Of a DNA stretch of 64,000 bases, positions 55,285 through 64,000 are shown in pieces. A model generated the notes under the pieces. That model was not told where the DNA came from. It ran no database searches and saw only the letters and a list, made by a program, of their open reading frames with translations. This DNA is from Candidatus Peregrinibacteria bacterium (lineage in GTDB: Bacteria > Patescibacteriota > Gracilibacteria > UBA1369 > JACRIC01): assembly GCA_016188705.1 (NCBI GenBank), contig JACPHH010000016.1:21690-85689 (forward strand), in the 5' to 3' direction. The position numbers were made by a program, and so were the translations under genes. The first letter of the stretch is position 1, and each line of letters opens with the position of its first letter.

Positions 55285-55818
55285 ATGAACACAATAAAAT
55301 ACATTCAATTCAGTTTCGTTCTAATAATAATAGGAGCATCACTCCAAACAGCTTTCGCTACAAATGATACATTATTGACAATATCAAATGCCGTGGCAGA
55401 AACGTCTACTCCTTGCACTTCAACTGATCAGGGACTCTGCGTCGACCTTCGAGAGCCTTTAGGCGATCAGGGAACGATACGTGCTAATAGCGGCCTTGGA
55501 TTGGTACAGGAATACGTGAAAGCTATTTACCAATGGGCCGCGGGACTTATTGGAATCGTCGCGGTGCTTAATATGGTTATTGCCGGTATTCAAATAACAA
55601 CTTCCGCTGATTCAGAACGCGCCGCAAGCGCGAAAACTCGCATTATGCAATCGATCGCGGCCATTTGCGTGCTTTTCCTCTCAGGACTTATTCTCTACAC
55701 CATTAACCCAAACTTTTTCGTCACACAAACTATCACAAAGGAAGAAACAATAAATACACAAGCCGAGCCCAGCTCACCTAGTAATACTGGAAGAACCCAA
55801 GACACAACTCCTGAATAA
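55285..55818 (+). CDS. TrbC/VirB2-like T4SS pilin family protein (paralog 2)
   Basis: Same architecture: IYQWAAGLIGIVAVLNMVIAGIQITTSADSERAASAKTRIMQSIAAICVLFLSGLILY. Confidence 0.7.
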   Translation: MNTIKYIQFSFVLIIIGASLQTAFATNDTLLTISNAVAETSTPCTSTDQGLCVDLREPLGDQGTIRANSGLGLVQEYVKAIYQWAAGLIGIVAVLNMVIAGIQITTSADSERAASAKTRIMQSIAAICVLFLSGLILYTINPNFFVTQTITKEETINTQAEPSSPSNTGRTQDTTPE

Positions 55819-55836
55819 TAAAAAATTCTCGTTTGC

Positions 55837-56622
55837 ATGAAGTCAAAAACCATCACAATAAAAATCATAAATATCAGCACAATGTTCATCGTCAGCATAA
55901 ACACAATATTTATGCTGACGAGTCCCGTTTTTTCTACAAAAAATATCGTCTATGCAATGGATTCCACAAATCTCATTGTAGCGAATTCCATAGCAGCGAA
56001 TGCCATAAAACCCGATCTTCCGAGTAATATATTTCTTCCTCAACCAACTGACTCTCAAGCCAATTTTGAATACTTTGTCGATACCTTTCTTCCAAAAATT
56101 TTTGGTTGGTTCATCGCAGCAATCGGAGTTTTCGGACTGATATTTATTCTCATCGGAGGCATAGAATTTTTAACTGCCTACGGAAACGATCAAAACATTG
56201 AAACCGCCAAAAAAACCGTACAAAACGCCGTCATAGGAACCGTTATCGGACTCCTTTCCTATAGCATCGTACTCGCTATAAACAACCTTTCATCCTATTT
56301 TAATTCGATAGAAAATCAACCTCCAACAAATCCCCTCAATCCACCACCCTCCGGAACATTTGATAAAGTACCAAAGGGAGACCTTTTTAAAGATACCGCG
56401 CCAGGAATAATTCGAATTATTCTTGAAATCACGGGATACCTGCTTTTTGCTGCCATCGTAGTGGCGGCAATTATGCTTATCACCGCGAGAGGAAAAGAAG
56501 ACGGCCTGAAAAAAGGGAAAGAAATTCTGAAATACAGCGTCATGGGTCTTATTATTATCGCGATTGCTTACGCTGTTATTTACGGCGTTGCCTCGCTTGA
56601 CTTCTTTAATCCCATCGGATAA
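55837..56622 (+). CDS. TrbC/VirB2-like T4SS pilin family protein with a duplicated pilin module (paralog 3)
   Basis: Two helix-loop-helix modules: FGWFIAAIGVFGLIFILIGGIEFLTAYGNDQNIETAKKTVQNAVIGTVIGLLSYSI, and IILEITGYLLFAAIVVAAIMLITARGKEDGLKKGKEILKYSVMGLIIIAIAYAV. Confidence 0.7.
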   Translation: MKSKTITIKIINISTMFIVSINTIFMLTSPVFSTKNIVYAMDSTNLIVANSIAANAIKPDLPSNIFLPQPTDSQANFEYFVDTFLPKIFGWFIAAIGVFGLIFILIGGIEFLTAYGNDQNIETAKKTVQNAVIGTVIGLLSYSIVLAINNLSSYFNSIENQPPTNPLNPPPSGTFDKVPKGDLFKDTAPGIIRIILEITGYLLFAAIVVAAIMLITARGKEDGLKKGKEILKYSVMGLIIIAIAYAVIYGVASLDFFNPIG

Positions 56623-57017
56623 TGATGCAAAAACGTCTAAAAAAAATATCTATCTGCCTTATAGCTTTTATAATCCTCATAAAAGAAACCATAACCTATG
56701 CCGCTGGCTATAAAATACCTCCTGACTTAACGCCAAATAACGTGCCTTTTATCGAAGATTACATTCCTGATAAAATAAATAATTTTTTGTATGCGTTGAT
56801 CGGAGGTTTGATGGTTATAAGTGTATCTCTCGCTATTTTCTTTATTTTTCAAGGTGGATTCAGCTATATCATTTCAAGAGGAAGCGACGATGCCACTGGC
56901 AAAGCGAAAAAAGGCATTACCTGGGCCATTTTGGGACTTCTCCTTATTATTTTCGCTTATCAAGTCGTAAAAGTAGTGCTTGATCTTGGTTTTACGCCAG
57001 ATCCAACAAGTCCATAA
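56622..57017 (+). CDS. TrbC/VirB2-like T4SS pilin family protein (paralog 4)
   Basis: LYALIGGLMVISVSLAIFFIFQGGFSYIISRGSDDATGKAKKGITWAILGLLLIIFAYQV. The start overlaps the stop of paralog 3. Confidence 0.7.
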   Translation: MMQKRLKKISICLIAFIILIKETITYAAGYKIPPDLTPNNVPFIEDYIPDKINNFLYALIGGLMVISVSLAIFFIFQGGFSYIISRGSDDATGKAKKGITWAILGLLLIIFAYQVVKVVLDLGFTPDPTSP

Positions 57018-57096
57018 GCCTCATTTTCAAAAACATTCTTTTTTCGTGACGAAACCACGTTTTTCTTAAACCTCATTTTTTCAAAAACTCCTTTTA
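57015..57096. repeat. cluster of three motif-A heads between the pilin array and convergent metG
   Basis: The plus strand reads TAAGCCTCATTTTCAAAAACAT from the pilin stop. The minus strand reads TAAAAGGAGTTTTTGAAAAAATGAGGTTTAAGAAAAACGTGGTTTCGTCACGAAAAAAGAATG from the metG stop. Confidence 0.65.
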
Positions 57097-58683
57097 TAAA
57101 AAAGTGTCTTCCATCTTAGGGAAAATGGGTTGCAAGTGCGTTGAAAGCGTATACTTTGCCAAATAACCAAACTGAAAAATTTCGGAAGAAAACGCTAACG
57201 GCTCTTTGATGCCGAGCTGCGAAAACATTTTTTCCGACGTTTGAGGAATAAAAGGAGCCAAAAGAAGCGCGATGACGCGATTAAGTTCCAAAAGCGAATA
57301 CAAAACCTTACGAAGTTCATTTTCATCCTGTTTCGCCAAAATCCAAGGTTTTTGGACATCCACGAATTGATTCGCGAAATACGAAAGTTTTAAAACATCT
57401 TCCAGCGCCAATTTAAGCTCAAATCCTTCAAAATGTTTTTTATACGAATTCCATGTTGATTCAACAAGTTGAGCTATTTCAAAATAAACAGAATCAGAGG
57501 AATGGACAGAAAAAACATATCCATTCATAAAATCATGTTCGCTGATAAAAGCATCTTCTCGATTCAATGCGCCGCCACAATATCGCTGAACCATGTTCGT
57601 CACGCGATGAAGCAAATTTCCAATAGTATGGGAAAGTTCCGAGCTATATATTTCTAAAAAACGCTTTCGACTAAAATCTCCATCGTCAAGTGTTGGAATT
57701 TCACGTAAAAGATAATAACGAAGCGCGTCCGATCCGAATTCTTCAATATACCCAAAGGGATCAACGACATTTCCAAGAGATTTACTCATCTTTTGGCCTT
57801 CCGAAGTAACAAATCCATGGACATACATATTTTTCGGAACAGGAAGCTCGGCGGAAAGAAGCATTCCAATCCATATTCCCCCATGGAAACGCAAAATATC
57901 CTTTCCAATCAAATGAACTTGAGCCGGCCAATATTTTTTAAAAAGAGCATCATCGCGTTCATAATGAAGACCAGAAATATAATTTGTCAAAGCATCGCAC
58001 CACACGTACATGACTTGAGTTTCATCACCAGGGACCGAAACACCCCAATTAAGAACCTTTCTCGGCCGCGAAAAACTCACGTCTTTAAGCCCTTCTTCTC
58101 CGATAATATTCAACATTTCATTTTTTCTCGCTTCCGGCAAAATTCGAAAAGTATCAGAGGTAATAAGACTTTTAATTTGATCCGAATATTTCGATAATCG
58201 AAAAAAATAATTTTCTTCATTGAGCCGTTCAGGATTCGTATGGTGAATGGGACACTTACCCTCCGCAAGGTCTTTTTCGAGAATAAACGCCTCGCAGCCA
58301 ACACAATAAAAACCGGAATAAGAACTTTTATAAATATCACCTTTTTCGACAAGCCTCTGCCATAATTTCTGACTCGCTTCGTGATGAAAAATCTCAGTAG
58401 TGCGAATAAAAAAATCATTGGAAATATGAAGCGACGAAGTAAGATTTTGAAAAAATTCAGCATTGCGATCAACGAGTGTTTGAGGGGAAATACCTTCTTT
58501 TTGAGCTAATTGAAAAAGTTTTTGACCATGCTCATCAGTGCCTGTAAGAAAAAAAGTGTCAAATCCGTTCAGCCGATGATAGCGCGCAAGCGCGTCAGCT
58601 TGCGCTAATTCAAGCGCGTAACCAATATGCGGCGGCGCATTCACGTACGCGATGGACGTGGAAATATAAAATGTGGAAGTCAT
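57094..58683 (-). CDS. metG: methionine--tRNA ligase
   Basis: 529 aa. A HIGH-type motif (PPHIGYA), a CxxC...CPxH zinc knuckle and KMSKS. Confidence 0.95.
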   Translation of the reverse strand: MTSTFYISTSIAYVNAPPHIGYALELAQADALARYHRLNGFDTFFLTGTDEHGQKLFQLAQKEGISPQTLVDRNAEFFQNLTSSLHISNDFFIRTTEIFHHEASQKLWQRLVEKGDIYKSSYSGFYCVGCEAFILEKDLAEGKCPIHHTNPERLNEENYFFRLSKYSDQIKSLITSDTFRILPEARKNEMLNIIGEEGLKDVSFSRPRKVLNWGVSVPGDETQVMYVWCDALTNYISGLHYERDDALFKKYWPAQVHLIGKDILRFHGGIWIGMLLSAELPVPKNMYVHGFVTSEGQKMSKSLGNVVDPFGYIEEFGSDALRYYLLREIPTLDDGDFSRKRFLEIYSSELSHTIGNLLHRVTNMVQRYCGGALNREDAFISEHDFMNGYVFSVHSSDSVYFEIAQLVESTWNSYKKHFEGFELKLALEDVLKLSYFANQFVDVQKPWILAKQDENELRKVLYSLLELNRVIALLLAPFIPQTSEKMFSQLGIKEPLAFSSEIFQFGYLAKYTLSTHLQPIFPKMEDTFL

Positions 58684-58766
58684 ACGATGAACTTACTGTA
58701 AAAACCGCATCTAGGTCAAGAGTCTACAAAGTAGCTCGCCAATTTGCGCATGATCCAGTTTCCTCT

Positions 58767-59747
58767 TTATAAGGCCGTAGTGCGATAGAGAGCGAAGTCA
58801 AAAACAGGCAAAAAATCACTGAGGGAAATATTGATATTCAAATTTTGCACATATTGCTCAAGTTCCAAAGGCGCATCAATATTGTCAGCGGCGCCGTCAG
58901 CTTCAATGCGAACGGAATTGCACACAAGCGAATCGTTTTGATCTTCAAGCATCCGAACATAGAGAGTCGTTTCATCCTCGGAATCAATCTGCGAAAGATT
59001 CACGACATTCGTAAGCACGATAAAATTATGCTCATGCTTACTGAGAAAAGTGGCAATCGAATATTTCTCGTAAAAAACACACATTCCATCGCTGCAATCA
59101 CGAAACTGCGCTTGATCACCGTCGATTATTTCGCCTCCGCTACCGGAAAGAAAAGTGCCAAAATTCGCAGGATCGGAAACACGATTAAAATTTTCCAAAA
59201 CAGGGACATATTGGCTAATAGCTTGAGTATCGCCGCTTGATGTCTGACCAAAAATTTTCCATCGCAGCGCCGAAATTTTTTCATTCGCGCCAGACGGCCA
59301 AGATTTAAGATAATATTCTATATGAAAATTCTGAATTTTTTCTTCAACTGATAAAAAATCAGGATCCGCGCGAAAAAGCGGCAGCGTTAAAGAATCATTC
59401 AGCTTCAATTTTTGCCATGGCGCGTCTTCCAACGCGTCAAAATTACATGGAACCGCATTGCCCGAAGAACTTGAAAGCGCCCGTATCGAATAACGATAAT
59501 CTTGTACTCCGTCACCACTCGCGTCGCCTTTTTTTTGAAACACTTCATAGCCGGGAAGATGGCGATCAATAACGAAAAGCGCTTCTTCTATGGCCGATTC
59601 AGCATGATAATAAGATTTTCCAGCTTGTACGATATCATAATCAAGTCGAATGGCATCAATAATGAGCTTTCCAAAACCAAGACCTAAAATCATAAGTACC
59701 GACATTAAAAGAAGAGTAACCAAAAGAGCGCTTCCTTCCGAACGCAT
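58767..59747 (-). CDS. PilX-like type IV pilus minor component
   Basis: MRSEGSALLVTLLLMSVLMILGLG N-terminus is typical of PilX-type proteins. The track ORF extends to 59891; the start here is chosen at the internal Met. Confidence 0.55.
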   Translation of the reverse strand: MRSEGSALLVTLLLMSVLMILGLGFGKLIIDAIRLDYDIVQAGKSYYHAESAIEEALFVIDRHLPGYEVFQKKGDASGDGVQDYRYSIRALSSSSGNAVPCNFDALEDAPWQKLKLNDSLTLPLFRADPDFLSVEEKIQNFHIEYYLKSWPSGANEKISALRWKIFGQTSSGDTQAISQYVPVLENFNRVSDPANFGTFLSGSGGEIIDGDQAQFRDCSDGMCVFYEKYSIATFLSKHEHNFIVLTNVVNLSQIDSEDETTLYVRMLEDQNDSLVCNSVRIEADGAADNIDAPLELEQYVQNLNINISLSDFLPVFDFALYRTTAL

Positions 59748-59844
59748 AAACCACGACCTGAAAGACCTTAAAAAAACATTCAATCTGTTCTTTCGAATAA
59801 AAAAAGGTCGGAAAAGATAAAAATAAAAAAAAACTTTCATATAA

Positions 59845-60489
59845 TTACAAACGTTTATAAGTTCGTGAAGAAAGAGTAGTTTGAAAATCAAGTCTCATAT
59901 TTCCAGATCGAAATGGCGTTTTTGGCCGAAGAGTGATGAAAATTGTTACTCTGGGTTGATACTGAACCTCATTTTTCGACACATTTTCGCTTTGATACGG
60001 ATCAGCGACAGGAGTTATAAGAAAAGCCAACCGTTCAACCACAATGGAATCACGGCTTAAAACGGCAAATCCATCAGAAAAATCCGAAGCATCACGCCAC
60101 GTCCCATCATCTGACTCAATTTGCCGGACAAAACGAAGCGCATTTTCCTCATTTTTTTGAAAAATAACGCGCTGCCCCTCAGGAAGCCGAATAGCCAATG
60201 TATTATCAACAAAACCATTATTTTCATCGAGTTTCTGGCTCTCGCAGTTCGAATCACCGTAGCACGAATAATCTATGGTGCCAGCTCGTATATTCTGACT
60301 CATAAAACCCAGAAGATACTGAGCTTCCTGATACATAAGGCGTTCTTCATTCGCGGAACGAAAAGCTCGAGCCAAAAAAAGACCTGAAGAAAAAACCACG
60401 GCAATAAAAATCACAAAAACAATCATCGCGATAGTAAGTTCAATAAGCGTAAAACCGGCATGAATTTTAAAATTTTTAGAAGTAAACAT
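59845..60489 (-). CDS. prepilin-type N-terminal cleavage/methylation domain protein (minor pilin)
   Basis: MFTSKNFKIHAG-FTLIELTIAMIVFVIF class III signal. The track ORF start is 60510. Confidence 0.8.
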   Translation of the reverse strand: MFTSKNFKIHAGFTLIELTIAMIVFVIFIAVVFSSGLFLARAFRSANEERLMYQEAQYLLGFMSQNIRAGTIDYSCYGDSNCESQKLDENNGFVDNTLAIRLPEGQRVIFQKNEENALRFVRQIESDDGTWRDASDFSDGFAVLSRDSIVVERLAFLITPVADPYQSENVSKNEVQYQPRVTIFITLRPKTPFRSGNMRLDFQTTLSSRTYKRL

Positions 60490-60513
60490 ATGCATGAAAG
60501 TTTCAAACAATAA

Positions 60514-61218
60514 TTAAAGGAGACTGCCTTTCCAATCGGTCAAAAACATTTCTAAACTGAGTTTTCTTGTCCTTCCGCGTTCATTCCATTGAACGATACT
60601 TTGAATACGGGCTAAAGCGTTATCTTTGCCTTCAAGCGGAAAAAATTCAACCATGATATATCGAAAAAACTTACTTTTTGTATCATCCGCGTCAGTTTTT
60701 CCAACAAGATACTGAACGATTTCACGCTCCGTTCCTTTGAAAAGAATATGTTGATAGAGAGAAAGTTTTTCGAGATCAGACGCTTGGAGATTTTCAAAAT
60801 TACGCGGATCAAAATCCAAACATTGAAGCATCCATGGATTAAAATTCATATTTTCACCCACGGGTTTATAATCAGGATTGAAAAAAATACGATAAAACGA
60901 AATATTTTCTTGTTGAAAAGAGCAAGTATCGTGCTCAAACGGACTGCTCGGATTAAAGGAAAGACCAACATTTTCAGAATATCCGGTCCAAGAAAAATTG
61001 GAAAGCCAGTGGGAATCACGAATATTACGAAAAGCCTCAATCCCCTCTTCAGCCAATCCATAAGCCAAAAAATTATTAATATTTGCCTGATTGGCGCGCA
61101 AAGCCGAAAGAATCAAACCTGCGAGCGCGGCAAAAGCCACCGTGAGCACTGAAATGCTCATAAGTACTTCCGCGAGAGTAAAACCTGAATTATTACTTCG
61201 TCCTTTATATTCGATCAT
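60514..61218 (-). CDS. prepilin-type minor pilin (PilV-like)
   Basis: NNSG-FTLAEVLMSISVLTVAFAAL leader and N-terminal helix. Confidence 0.8.
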   Translation of the reverse strand: MIEYKGRSNNSGFTLAEVLMSISVLTVAFAALAGLILSALRANQANINNFLAYGLAEEGIEAFRNIRDSHWLSNFSWTGYSENVGLSFNPSSPFEHDTCSFQQENISFYRIFFNPDYKPVGENMNFNPWMLQCLDFDPRNFENLQASDLEKLSLYQHILFKGTEREIVQYLVGKTDADDTKSKFFRYIMVEFFPLEGKDNALARIQSIVQWNERGRTRKLSLEMFLTDWKGSLL

Positions 61219-61874
61219 AAAAATTTTTGAATCATCATTCTTCCTGTAAGTGGCTCAAGAATAATCTTTTTTTTCAATGAATCACTCGTGCCGTACCTCA
61301 CAAAAAACATGGCCTCGGCATTTCCGGAACGAAGAGCTGTAAATGTATTTCCATCATACCCAAAAATTGAAAAATCGCCATGAGGAGGCGCGAATAAAAC
61401 CAAAAAATACTGATAAAAAATGCCAGAAAATTGAAAATCCGTCATTTCAATACGATCTCCAAAAAAAGTACTCACGGACGAAAAATCAATCGACTCAATC
61501 GATTCAATATCGCAAACAGGAAATGAATTGGATTGAAAAGCAGTACTGACAATTTTGACATCTTGAGGATTCAATTGAATTCCAAGACAGCGAACCTCTT
61601 TTGTGGATTCAACAGGAGCTCCAAGCCCCATTTGCTGATTGACATCATTTTTCTGATTCACATATCGATAACCGCTCTGAATGCGAGTACGAAGCGACGT
61701 AAGAGTGGCGACCACGGAATGAGCTCCAACATCCAGCCGAGCTCGAGCCACATAATCTTGAGTGAAAAAAAGAAGAGCGGAAACAAGAATAAGAATAATC
61801 GTAATGACCACAACAAGTTCAACAAGCGTAAACCCTTTTTTTAAATAAGGAAACCCTGATACATATGATTTCAT
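61215..61874 (-). CDS. prepilin-type minor pilin (FimT/GspH-like)
   Basis: YLKKG-FTLVELVVVITIILILVSALL leader and N-terminal helix. It overlaps the downstream gene by 4 nt. Confidence 0.8.
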   Translation of the reverse strand: MKSYVSGFPYLKKGFTLVELVVVITIILILVSALLFFTQDYVARARLDVGAHSVVATLTSLRTRIQSGYRYVNQKNDVNQQMGLGAPVESTKEVRCLGIQLNPQDVKIVSTAFQSNSFPVCDIESIESIDFSSVSTFFGDRIEMTDFQFSGIFYQYFLVLFAPPHGDFSIFGYDGNTFTALRSGNAEAMFFVRYGTSDSLKKKIILEPLTGRMMIQKFL

Positions 61875-61890
61875 AAAATTTTCAAAAAAA

Positions 61891-63075
61891 TTATACCAAA
61901 CTGCTCAAAGAAAAAATGGGGGCAAGCAAAGCTAAAGCGACAAAAAGCACACCCAAGCCAACAATGACAATAAGTACCGGCTCAATGAGAGAAGTAACTT
62001 CCTGAATGGAGTGAATAACTTCCTGTTCATAATGTTTCGAAACTTTTTCAGCGGCCTGATCAAGAGTACCGGCTCGCTCTCCAATATCAAGAACCGCCGA
62101 AACAATGGAAGGGAAAAGAAAAGAGCTGGACTCAAGACCGGGAACGAAACGCTCTCCATGTCGTATTTTCCAGTCAACTTCGCGTAATTTTCGTTTATAA
62201 ACATCGTTACCAGCCGACCGAATAAGAATCTCCGAAACTTTAATCATGGAAAGACCAGACGTAAGAAGAACGGAGAGAAGTCTTAAAAGTCGAGCAAGAA
62301 TAATTTTTCGCTTCAACATGCCAAAAAATGGAAATCGTAATTGAAACATATCAAAACGAAATTTTCCTTCTTCCGTAGAAATATAAAACTGAAAAAAAAC
62401 ATGCAAGGAAATAAACGCGAAAATCAGCGTCCACCAGTAACTTGTCATAAAATTGCTCACGCGAATAAGGATAATCGTGATAAAAGGAACTTCCGCGTTA
62501 TTGAGAGTAAAAAATTCCATCAAGTTCGGCACCACGAGAGTAACAACAACCAAAATCGCTATAAAAAGCACAATAAGAACCATCACCGGATATGTCAGAG
62601 CCGAACGAATCTTCAGCCTCAATGTATAATCATCTGCCACTTGTTGAGAAAGTCGTTCAAACATTTTTTCCAGATTACCCACGGTTTCGCCGCTTCTCAC
62701 CACTTCCACTTCTCCTTCGTGAAACACGTCAGGAAAACGCGCCATGGCATCGGAAAGATTTTTCCCCGCGTCAACATCTCGCGCAGCGGTTCCAAGAACG
62801 CGTTTAAAACGCGGCGTTTTAAGTTTTCGCGCCAAAATATGCAAAGCCTTGACTATGGAAACACCTGCGTCAATCATCACGGACATCAGATGAAAAAAAT
62901 ACGCTTTTTCTTTTAAAGAAACACGACTGCGATCAATAAAAAAATCTTCCAATCTTTGAAAAAATGATCGATAATGTTCTTCTCCTGATCCATAAACAAA
63001 AATAGGCTCTGAATCTTCAGTGAGAGTAAAGCCCTCAAGCAAACGATCCTTCTTTTCACTCTCGGAAAAGTCCAT
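61891..63075 (-). CDS. pilC: type IV pilus platform protein PilC (GspF family)
   Basis: 394 aa with two GspF repeats (LSDAMARFPDVF..., FPSIVSAVLDIGERAGTLD) and three TM segments. Confidence 0.9.
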   Translation of the reverse strand: MDFSESEKKDRLLEGFTLTEDSEPIFVYGSGEEHYRSFFQRLEDFFIDRSRVSLKEKAYFFHLMSVMIDAGVSIVKALHILARKLKTPRFKRVLGTAARDVDAGKNLSDAMARFPDVFHEGEVEVVRSGETVGNLEKMFERLSQQVADDYTLRLKIRSALTYPVMVLIVLFIAILVVVTLVVPNLMEFFTLNNAEVPFITIILIRVSNFMTSYWWTLIFAFISLHVFFQFYISTEEGKFRFDMFQLRFPFFGMLKRKIILARLLRLLSVLLTSGLSMIKVSEILIRSAGNDVYKRKLREVDWKIRHGERFVPGLESSSFLFPSIVSAVLDIGERAGTLDQAAEKVSKHYEQEVIHSIQEVTSLIEPVLIVIVGLGVLFVALALLAPIFSLSSLV

Positions 63076-63084
63076 AAAAATGGG

Positions 63085-63603
63085 TTATGAACTCTGATAA
63101 TACGATTCCATGCGAAGGTGAAAAGTGCTTGAGCCATCATCATGGCGTTCAATTTGCATGGTTTTGACCCGTATAATGCGGTGTTCTTCTTCCAAAGCCT
63201 TTAAAAAGGCCAAAAGATCAGAAAAACTCCCCTGAAAACTCGAAGAAATTGAAAGAATTGCGACCCCCTCAATAAAATCTTCTCCGAGAGTAAAATTCAT
63301 ATCTTGAAACGTAATATGAAATCGAGAAGCCAAAGTATCAAAAAGTCGCACAATCCGATCCTGTTCGCTTTGAGCCGGCACTTGAGCCAGAATGAGCTGG
63401 CGTGAAGCCTTATCTTCGGGAAAAGATATTTTAAGAGCTTCCAATTCCTGCGCTTGTTTTTCAAGTTCCTGAATTTCCTTCTGCCGTTCGTCGCGTTGAG
63501 CAGTAAGACTATCAATTTTCGTTTGAACAGGACGGATATAAAATACCCACAAAGCAACAATAACAAGAAGGAGAAAAAGAGTGAAAATTCGCGTTTTTTT
63601 CAT
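63085..63603 (-). CDS. pilO: PilO-like pilus assembly protein
   Basis: 172 aa. N-terminal TM helix, a coiled coil (QRDERQKEIQELEKQAQELE) and a ferredoxin-like C-terminal domain. Its position between pilN-like and pilC genes supports the call. Confidence 0.6.
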   Translation of the reverse strand: MKKTRIFTLFLLLVIVALWVFYIRPVQTKIDSLTAQRDERQKEIQELEKQAQELEALKISFPEDKASRQLILAQVPAQSEQDRIVRLFDTLASRFHITFQDMNFTLGEDFIEGVAILSISSSFQGSFSDLLAFLKALEEEHRIIRVKTMQIERHDDGSSTFHLRMESYYQSS

Positions 63604-63607
63604 AAAA

Positions 63608-64000
63608 TTAGTCTTTACGGGCTACTTTTTGCCTTTGCTGATATTCTAATTGAAGAGGAAAAATGACGACCTTTTGCCCTTCTGAAGTAATGCCCTGAGA
63701 AATTGAGGGAGAAAAAACCATTTCAAAATCACTGCTATCCTCCAAAACACGAATAACGCGGGAAGCAGAAGAAAGCGAAGAAGTTACCGCGTTCAAGGTA
63801 ATATGACCTTTTTCATCAACAGAGTACGAAGAATATTCCACGTCTTTCGGAGTAATAATAAGAAGTGTCTGAAGCGCTTCAGACCAAATAACAGCATTCT
63901 CTTTGAGATACGTACCGGCCTTTTCAGCAAGCGCGAGACGGTTTAAATTTTCTTGCTGCAATATTTGAATTTTCTTTTGATTTTCCTGAAAAACGATTTC
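63608..64000 (-). CDS. pilN: PilN-like pilus assembly protein, 5' end outside the window
   Basis: The frame stays open to the window edge (own translation ...EIVFQENQKKIQILQQENLNRLALAEK...). The call rests on size and position upstream of pilO. Confidence 0.5.
   Translation of the reverse strand, partial: EIVFQENQKKIQILQQENLNRLALAEKAGTYLKENAVIWSEALQTLLIITPKDVEYSSYSVDEKGHITLNAVTSSLSSASRVIRVLEDSSDFEMVFSPSISQGITSEGQKVVIFPLQLEYQQRQKVARKD

Noticed and set aside
55833-56027. A His-rich 64-aa ORF (MHEVKNHHNKNHKYQHNVHRQHKH...) overlapping the start of pilin paralog 3.
   Set aside because: It is an alternative frame of the better-supported 261-aa pilin-family gene. The His/Asn richness reflects A/C-rich sequence.

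Overview
AT-rich chromosomal window from a streamlined bacterium that uses the standard genetic code: all conserved genes are intact with no in-frame TGA. The gene content suggests a Candidate Phyla Radiation (Patescibacteria-like) organism, which is an inference. That content includes a type IV pilus module (pilN/O/C, four prepilin-type minor pilins, two pilT), four tandem TrbC/VirB2-like T4SS-pilin paralogs and a soluble TraD/VirD4-like ATPase, set against sparse metabolism. Housekeeping genes present are dnaA, pyrH-frr-rseP, groES/EL with a CIRCE operator, rny, ssb, gmk, trxB, metG, rplY, ybaB, mltG and ftsQ-sbp. Three tRNAs were folded by hand: Gln-CUG, Asn-GUU and Ala-GGC. Metabolic islands are a CoA module (coaBC-panB-coaW), a membrane H+-pyrophosphatase, a carboxy(nor)spermidine plus deoxyhypusine-synthase-like polyamine cluster, tandem SemiSWEETs and a MacAB-like efflux system. 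The most unusual signals are non-coding. (1) A ~215-225 bp palindromic MITE-like element occurs in 3 full copies plus one 37-bp internally deleted copy, with flanking direct repeats and one compensatory base-pair change. (2) A pervasive short repeat family (core about AAGGARCYTCTGAAAAACGTG) occurs at least 20 times and very often starts exactly at the stop codon of the upstream gene. (3) A second short motif, GCAGTGTTCACATA, recurs. (4) A ~235 bp nested inverted repeat lies between the SemiSWEETs and ybaK. (5) A ~690 bp gene-free region between ssb and gmk has divergent TGnTATAAT promoters and nested helices. No CRISPR array, rRNA, transposase or recognisable defence operon was seen. All protein calls come from my own recognition of motifs in the translations; no database search was run.
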